Below are positions 16,881-17,935 of a stretch of 17,935 nucleotides of DNA, in pieces. The notes beneath the pieces are model-generated. The model was not told where the DNA came from and ran no database searches. It saw nothing but the letters and a program-made list of their open reading frames with translations. The DNA comes from Promethearchaeota archaeon (GTDB taxonomy: Archaea > Asgardarchaeota > Lokiarchaeia > Sigyniarchaeales > SOKP01), in NCBI GenBank assembly GCA_048941285.1, contig JBHLNS010000059.1, positions 1 to 17,935 of the forward strand, given 5' to 3'. Within the stretch, counting starts at the first letter, position 1. Every line of letters begins with the position of its first letter. The position numbers and the translations under genes are program-made.

Positions 16881-17935
16881 ATGATAAATACCTTTTATGA
16901 AAGATTAGCAAAATTAGCGATTAATTATTCTACAAAAATAGAAAAGGGAGATAGAGTTTGTATTACAGGACCTGATTTAGCTAAAGAGCTTTTTCAAGCC
17001 ATATATGTTGAAACTATTAAAGCTGGAGGTCATCCTTTTCTACTTGTTCAAATTGAAGGAACTCAAGAATTAAGGTTAAAGTTTGCCTCTGAAGAACAGT
17101 TACTTTACGTGGATCCTTTATTTAAATCAATTATTAAAGAATTTGATTCCTATATTGTAATATCTGGTGACTATAATACTCGAAAAATGAGTTTAATTGA
17201 TCCCAAATTATTAGCAAAAATACAAGGATCACCTGATAATAGAAAGATATGGGACACTTTGATGGAACGAATTGCTTCAAAAGAACTAAAATATCTTATG
17301 ATCCCTTTTCCATGCAATGCAAATGCTCAAGAAGCGAATATGGATCTTTTTTCGTATTTTGAATTTGTTCAGAAAGCCTTATTCCTTGATAAAGAAGACC
17401 CTGTTAAGGAATGGCTAGAGATGGAGAAAAAACAAGATAAGATTTGCGAAAAACTAAAAGATACTGAAAAAATCCAAATTATTGGTGAAGATACTGATTT
17501 AATAATGTCAGTTAAAGGGAGATTATGGATAAATGATTGTGGTCATCTTAACTTACCCGATGGTGAAGTTATGAGTGCTCCCATCGAAAACTCTGTTAAT
17601 GGGCATATTCGGTTTACATATCCAGGTATATTTCAAGGGAAAGAAATTCAGAATATATATTTAGAGTTCAAGGATGGAAGAGTAGTAAAATTTTCTGCAG
17701 AAAAGGGTGAACAATTACTAGAAGAACTATTAAAAATCGAAAATGCAGATATAATTGGAGAAATTGCTATTGGTACTAACTATGGCATAAAAAAATTTAC
17801 TAAAAATATTCTTTTCGATGAAAAATTGGGTGGAACAATTCATTGTGCTCTTGGATCCGGAATTGAAGAAGCTGGTTCAAAAAATAAAAGTGGGTTACAT
17901 TGGGACATAATAAAAGATATGACTATCCCAGGTTC
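16881..17935 (+). CDS. Peptidase M29 family aminopeptidase (AmpS/PepS/aminopeptidase T type), 3'-truncated by the window edge
   Basis: Translated by hand at several positions: MINTFYERLAKLAINYSTKIEKGD, NLPDGEV, GEIAIGTN, LFDEKIGGTIHCALG, GLHWDIIKDM. Absent from the ORF track, most likely because no stop codon falls inside the window. Confidence 0.92.
   Translation, partial: MINTFYERLAKLAINYSTKIEKGDRVCITGPDLAKELFQAIYVETIKAGGHPFLLVQIEGTQELRLKFASEEQLLYVDPLFKSIIKEFDSYIVISGDYNTRKMSLIDPKLLAKIQGSPDNRKIWDTLMERIASKELKYLMIPFPCNANAQEANMDLFSYFEFVQKALFLDKEDPVKEWLEMEKKQDKICEKLKDTEKIQIIGEDTDLIMSVKGRLWINDCGHLNLPDGEVMSAPIENSVNGHIRFTYPGIFQGKEIQNIYLEFKDGRVVKFSAEKGEQLLEELLKIENADIIGEIAIGTNYGIKKFTKNILFDEKLGGTIHCALGSGIEEAGSKNKSGLHWDIIKDMTIPG

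Noticed and set aside
1-17935. CRISPR arrays, tRNA/rRNA genes, IS elements
   Set aside because: By eye, no spaced direct repeats, GC-rich structured RNA islands or transposase ORFs.

Overview
Very AT-rich, gene-dense prokaryotic window with archaeal signals: GGTGA/GGAGGTGA ribosome-binding sites, TATA-like boxes, oligo-T terminators and a fused ADP-forming acyl-CoA synthetase. Composition and gene style suggest an Asgard archaeon (Lokiarchaeia-like), which is an inference only. In order, the window holds: two hypothetical proteins, hypC, a small membrane protein, cooC, endonuclease V, a small Trp/Tyr-rich protein, a coiled-coil plus HEAT-repeat protein, a cyclophilin, an ADP-forming acyl-CoA synthetase with a DRTGG/Pta-N-like partner, a Gly-rich membrane protein, a class I/II aminotransferase, a small membrane protein, a complete translationally coupled acetone carboxylase-like acxABC operon (minus strand), and the 5' part of an M29 aminopeptidase missing from the ORF track. 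I saw no tRNA, rRNA, CRISPR array or mobile element. The most notable item is the archaeal acxABC-type ketone carboxylase, which has native-looking expression signals and lies near acetate-, CODH- and hydrogenase-related genes. Secondary candidates are a strand-specific intergenic hairpin (possible sRNA), operator-like palindromes and two uncharacterised proteins with interaction-module-like architecture.
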